From Octopus sinensis (taxonomy: Eukaryota): a stretch of DNA of 64,000 bases. A program made the position numbers and the translations under genes. The notes beneath the pieces are model-generated. The model saw nothing but the letters and a program-made list of their open reading frames with translations, ran no database searches and was not told the origin of the DNA. The DNA is taken from contig NC_043005.1 in assembly GCF_006345805.1 (NCBI RefSeq), positions 20,460,001-20,524,000 of the forward strand, given 5' to 3'. Positions 61,638-64,000 of this stretch are shown here, one piece after another; the stretch's first letter is position 1; each line of letters starts with the position of its first letter.

Positions 61638-63299
61638 GTAATTATGCTTTGTATTTTATTATTGGTTTTGAAATGTATGATTTCATTTGCACTTCATAAT
61701 ATATAAACAACCATCTCTGGAAAGATATTAACAGTTTTGACATAAACATACTGTTAGTGCTTCCCATATGGCATTTGTTCACCTTAAACACTTTTGTGCA
61801 TATTTTCAATTATTGTTTGATGTTTGAAAGATAAGTCTTATTATTTTTATTAAATTTTAATAGTAGTGGTGTCAGCAGCAGTAGTCCTAGTATAAACAAC
61901 TTTATGATCATTTGTCCATGTTGGTATGGCTGAGACACTGCTATTGCATCACAGCATCTTAACACTAGTTACTTTTCTTCATAATCTGGTATACAAAATA
62001 AGAGAAAAAGTAATGCCAATCAATGTAATTACGTACCTCCTGTATTTTGGCATGGTTACTATAGGTGAATATATCTTCCTATCACCAATCTTTATACTGC
62101 CTAAAGAGAGTACATTTTCTCATGTTATTAAAGTTAGTGAAGTTGTCTGCTGGGACTAAAAAATCTTCTCTACTTAAAATATATACCTATTCAGAATGGT
62201 TCCATGGTATTGAGAAAAAATTGGTCAGAGAATTCACTTAGTTGTTTTTCAAGGATTTTGTTCTTTCCTATTGAAACGCTTCCTTCTTGAGACCTTGGTC
62301 TTAAGAGGAAATTCACTAGGTTTAATGATTTCAGTATTACAATACTCATGAATACCAAGATATCATCACTACTGTAATGAATCTTGCTGGTTCCAAAAGA
62401 AAGTTGAGCTATTTCTCCCTATTTCTATGAGGACAGTTAACAAAGGTTGAAATCACAGACCTCACTTCAGTATTTATCCTAGGTGCTCTCAAGAAGTTTG
62501 AGTACATTCACAGTTCAGGATTATACAGAGACAACAGCATATCGATCTCATCTAATATGAACATCCATGAACAGGTTTAGGAAGAACTTAACAGGAATCT
62601 CCAAGGAGTTTAATTTGAAATAAAGATTACAAATAATCTAACTACATTCAGCTAATTGGACATTACTTTAGATTTGAAGTCAGATATCAGACAAGTATTA
62701 GCTCTACAGAAGGCCTAAAAGAAAGAGAATGGGAACTTTTATAGGAATTTCAACTATGATTCCCAAGCTATATTAAGATAGTTATTACTTGACATTACTA
62801 AAATAATCTTGAATTTATCCTCAAATACAGACACTTTTGACTGCATTTATTTATTATGCAACAAGGTGTTAGCTAGGATTTGCTTTAGCAAGAAAATAGT
62901 CTAAATAAAGTGTAAATACATTTACACAAGTTTCATGAACTGGCACTTATCAAACGTATCAAAATTGGTTAAGTACTAATGCATGAGACTTTCAGACCAT
63001 GGGCCACTTTGTAACTTTTGCTGATGAAATAATATACAGGGTGGGCCAACAGTGATGCACCAAAACATTTGGAATTTTGGCAGAATTATTAGCACACCAA
63101 GTGAAATGCTTAGCAATATTTCGTCTACCACTACATTCTGAATTCAAATTCTGTCAAGATCAACTTTGCTTTCATCCTGTTGGGGTCAATGAATTAAGTA
63201 CCAGTTGAACACTGGGATCAATGTAATCAGCACATCTATTCCCCTAAAATGGTTTTCCTTGTAGCAAACATCCTTTGCCCTTGTAGCAAATAAATGAAA

Positions 63300-63333
<34 letters not shown>

Positions 63334-63673
63334 AGAGTAAGCTGGCAGAATCATTGGGCTGATTAGCATGCTTAGCGGTATTTTGTCTGTTTCATATTCT
63401 GAGTTCAAATTCTGCTGAGGTCAACTTTGCTTTTCATCCTTTCAGGGTCGATAAATGAAGTACTAGTGAAATACTGGGGTCAATGTAATTGACTAGTAGT
63501 CCCCTCCCCGCAAATTTCAGGCCTTGTACTTTTAGTAGAAAGGATTATTATCATTATTTTTGTTTTTTAGTTTTTTTGTTTTTTGTTCTTTTTTTTTATT
63601 TTGTGTGTCACACTTTTCTATTGTCCCCCATGCTTTGAGTCCTTGTGGCCAATAAAAGATATCATTATTATTA

Positions 63674-63728
<55 letters not shown>

Positions 63729-64000
63729 CATATATTATTATTATATTATTATTTTTTATTGTTATTATTATTATTGAGTGAGAGAGCAGTGTATGCCATC
63801 AAAGTGACACTGGGGTAAAATATATGAAACCCAGTATACCCATCATGACTACCCGTCTGATAAGGGAACACCAGGCACATGCATCACCACCATATGTGCA
63901 CAACATGGTGATCTCATATCAAGATAAACAGTGCATGATCTTGCAGGTATGGCCCACTTAGAATTTTCTTCCTGCTCAAAAGGTCCCTGAATAAGGGTTG

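Noticed and set aside
1421-64000. Many ORF-track ORFs with poly-N, poly-I, poly-Y, poly-L, poly-H, HT/YI/CV or MDG repeats
   Set aside because: They are translations of (ATT)n, (CAT)n, (CA)n, (TA)n and (ATGG)n microsatellites, not genes.

Overview
AT-rich, repeat-dense eukaryotic genomic DNA. The mix of SINEs, RTE and R4/Dong LINEs and (ATT)n/(GAT)n microsatellites looks like a coleoid cephalopod, probably Octopus (inference, not verified). The ORF track is mostly microsatellite noise and transposon debris. Hidden in it is a + strand array of 11 short intact exons spanning 2898-61637. Each encodes exactly one PAN/apple domain (two subtypes, PANa and PANb) or one Sushi/CCP domain, and every exon is phase 1-1 with a length divisible by 3. 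Order: PANa1-CCP1-PANb1-PANa2-CCP2-CCP3-PANb2-PANa3-CCP4-CCP5-PANb3 (2265 nt, 755 codons if all are joined). The array arose by segmental tandem duplication. The exons are strongly diverged (about 45-55% amino-acid identity), while neighbouring intron segments are equally or far more conserved. Two independent CCP exon pairs share 95-97% identical downstream introns that start right at the exon 3' end. Putative stop-containing terminal mini-exons follow CCP1 and CCP2; the homologous acceptor is deleted after CCP5. Together this suggests a diversifying, combinatorially spliceable extracellular recognition protein or gene cluster. No start or signal-peptide exon was found, and no transcript evidence is available. 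All identities and counts are hand alignments and need computational confirmation. The rest of the window is TE material: mariner, maT/Tc1, Chapaev3-like, Helitrons, piggyBac and hAT MITEs, RTE, R4/Dong, Penelope-like elements and SINEs.
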